Assembly (NCBI GenBank): GCA_051942205.1
Contig: JAVECO010000106.1
Span: 61,742-81,741, forward strand
Direction: 5' to 3'
From: Coniocarpon cinnabarinum
Lineage: Eukaryota
DNA length: 20,000 nt
Every line of letters starts with the position of its first letter. The stretch's first letter is position 1. Positions 18,682 to 20,000 of this stretch are shown here, in pieces. Under the pieces are notes generated by a model. The model had not been told where the DNA came from and ran no database searches. It saw only the letters and a program-made list of their open reading frames with translations. Made by a program: the position numbers and the translations under genes.

Positions 18682-19980
18682 ATGACCGATACAATAACCG
18701 CCATTCCCGGCACCGTCCTCATCACCGGCGGCTGCGGCTTCCTCGGCTCCCACATCGTCGACCTCCTCCTCTCTAGCACCTCCAGCACCACCACCAAACC
18801 TACCGCCATCCACGTCCTCGACCTCCGCGCCCCTTCAGAGCCCAAACCCTCAGTTACATATCACACCGCCGACCTTACATCTGCTGATGCTCTTGCGCCC
18901 ATCCTCGCTCAGATCCGTCCCGATGTCGTTATACACACTGCCTCGCCTGCTGTCGCATTCGGTGGTCCTAAGGCGCTCCAGATCATGCGCACGGTCAACA
19001 TCGACGGGACGAAGACGCTTCTAAATGAATGTCGGAAAGCCGGTGTCAAGGGTTTCGTTCACACGAGTTCCGCGAGCGTCTTGAGTGACACGCGCACCGA
19101 TCTTGTGAATGCAGATGAAAGATATCCCGTCATCACGGGAGACATGCAACGAGAGTACTACAGTCGGACAAAGGCCGAGGCCGAGGAATGGGTCATGGAG
19201 CAGAATCAACCCCCGAGCGACTCCTCAAACGCAAGCGCAGAAGGCAAGCAGGAAAAGGATCCATTATTGACAATAGCAATCCGGCCCAGTGCCATCTTCG
19301 GCGAAGCAGCACCAATTCAAACACCCGACATGATCGCCGCCTTCCACCGAGGCCAAACCGGCTGGCAATTCGGCGACAACGACAACCTCTTCGACTTCAC
19401 CTACGTCGGCAACGTCGCACACGCACATGTCCTAGCCGCCCGCCGCCTCCTCGAGGCCTGGGACCGCTACACCAGCGCATCAAGCACCACTCAAAAAGAC
19501 ACCCAAGACGTCGCCAAACTCAGCATTGGCGGCGGTGCCCGCCCCCAGGAAATCGACGACCGCGTCGACGGCCAAGCCATCCTCATCACGAACGACGCCC
19601 CCGTTTATTTCTGGGATTTCGCGCGCGGGCTATGGCACGCGTATGATCGCCACCTCACTTCCCTTTCTAAATCGCAAAACACGACCATCTCAGTGCCTCC
19701 ACCTGCTACCAAAATCCGGAGCATGTCCTTTGCACTCGCGCTCTTGCTCTCTTCACTTGCGTCCTGGTTTTTCTGGATATTTCGGCTGGGTGCACCGCGC
19801 TTGGATTCGGGACGCGTGCGATATAGTTGTATGAGACGGTATTTTGCAACGGCGAAGGCGCGGGCTTTGTTGGGATACAGTCCGCTTTTTGAGTTGAATG
19901 AAGGTGTGGAGAGGACGGCGGAGTGGTGGGCACAGAAGTATCTAAGGGAGCAGAGTGAGGGGGATAAGAAATTGAGGTGA
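18682..19980 (+). CDS. ERG26: C-3 sterol dehydrogenase / sterol-4-alpha-carboxylate 3-dehydrogenase (3-beta-HSD extended SDR), 432 aa
   Basis: Uninterrupted ORF with VLITGGCGFLG (NAD(P) binding), VIHTASP, TSSASV, YSRTK (catalytic YxxxK), RPSAIFG, GDNDNLFDFTYVGNVAHAHVLAA, ITNDAPVYFWDFAR and KARALLGYSP. Confidence 0.9.
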   Translation: MTDTITAIPGTVLITGGCGFLGSHIVDLLLSSTSSTTTKPTAIHVLDLRAPSEPKPSVTYHTADLTSADALAPILAQIRPDVVIHTASPAVAFGGPKALQIMRTVNIDGTKTLLNECRKAGVKGFVHTSSASVLSDTRTDLVNADERYPVITGDMQREYYSRTKAEAEEWVMEQNQPPSDSSNASAEGKQEKDPLLTIAIRPSAIFGEAAPIQTPDMIAAFHRGQTGWQFGDNDNLFDFTYVGNVAHAHVLAARRLLEAWDRYTSASSTTQKDTQDVAKLSIGGGARPQEIDDRVDGQAILITNDAPVYFWDFARGLWHAYDRHLTSLSKSQNTTISVPPPATKIRSMSFALALLLSSLASWFFWIFRLGAPRLDSGRVRYSCMRRYFATAKARALLGYSPLFELNEGVERTAEWWAQKYLREQSEGDKKLR

Positions 19981-20000
19981 CAAAGGGGCAAGGGGGGAAC

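Overview
Gene-dense, intron-containing eukaryotic DNA typical of a filamentous ascomycete (short GT-AG introns with CTRAC branch points). I reconstruct eight protein-coding genes by manual translation and splicing: a steryl-ester hydrolase/lipase on the minus strand whose 3' end runs off the window (missed by the ORF track), a HOL1-like MFS transporter, an ANXC4-type annexin, an AspE-like septin, a SAM-dependent O-methyltransferase, a GNAT acetyltransferase (-), proteasome subunit RPN10 and the C-3 sterol dehydrogenase ERG26. Non-coding features are a 280-bp (AAATC)n array, a (CAT)n microsatellite, a perfect Rpn4/PACE site upstream of RPN10, a 12-bp inverted repeat upstream of the annexin gene and clustered E-boxes in the divergent lipase/MFS promoter. 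I see no CRISPR, RNA gene or transposon, and no clearly novel multi-gene system. The best leads are a possibly N-myristoylated septin, uORFs ahead of the HOL1-like transporter, in-frame stop-free introns, AAG acceptors limited to an OMT/GNAT accessory block, and a divergent RPN10 with an insertion. Family calls come from motif recognition only, not from database searches.
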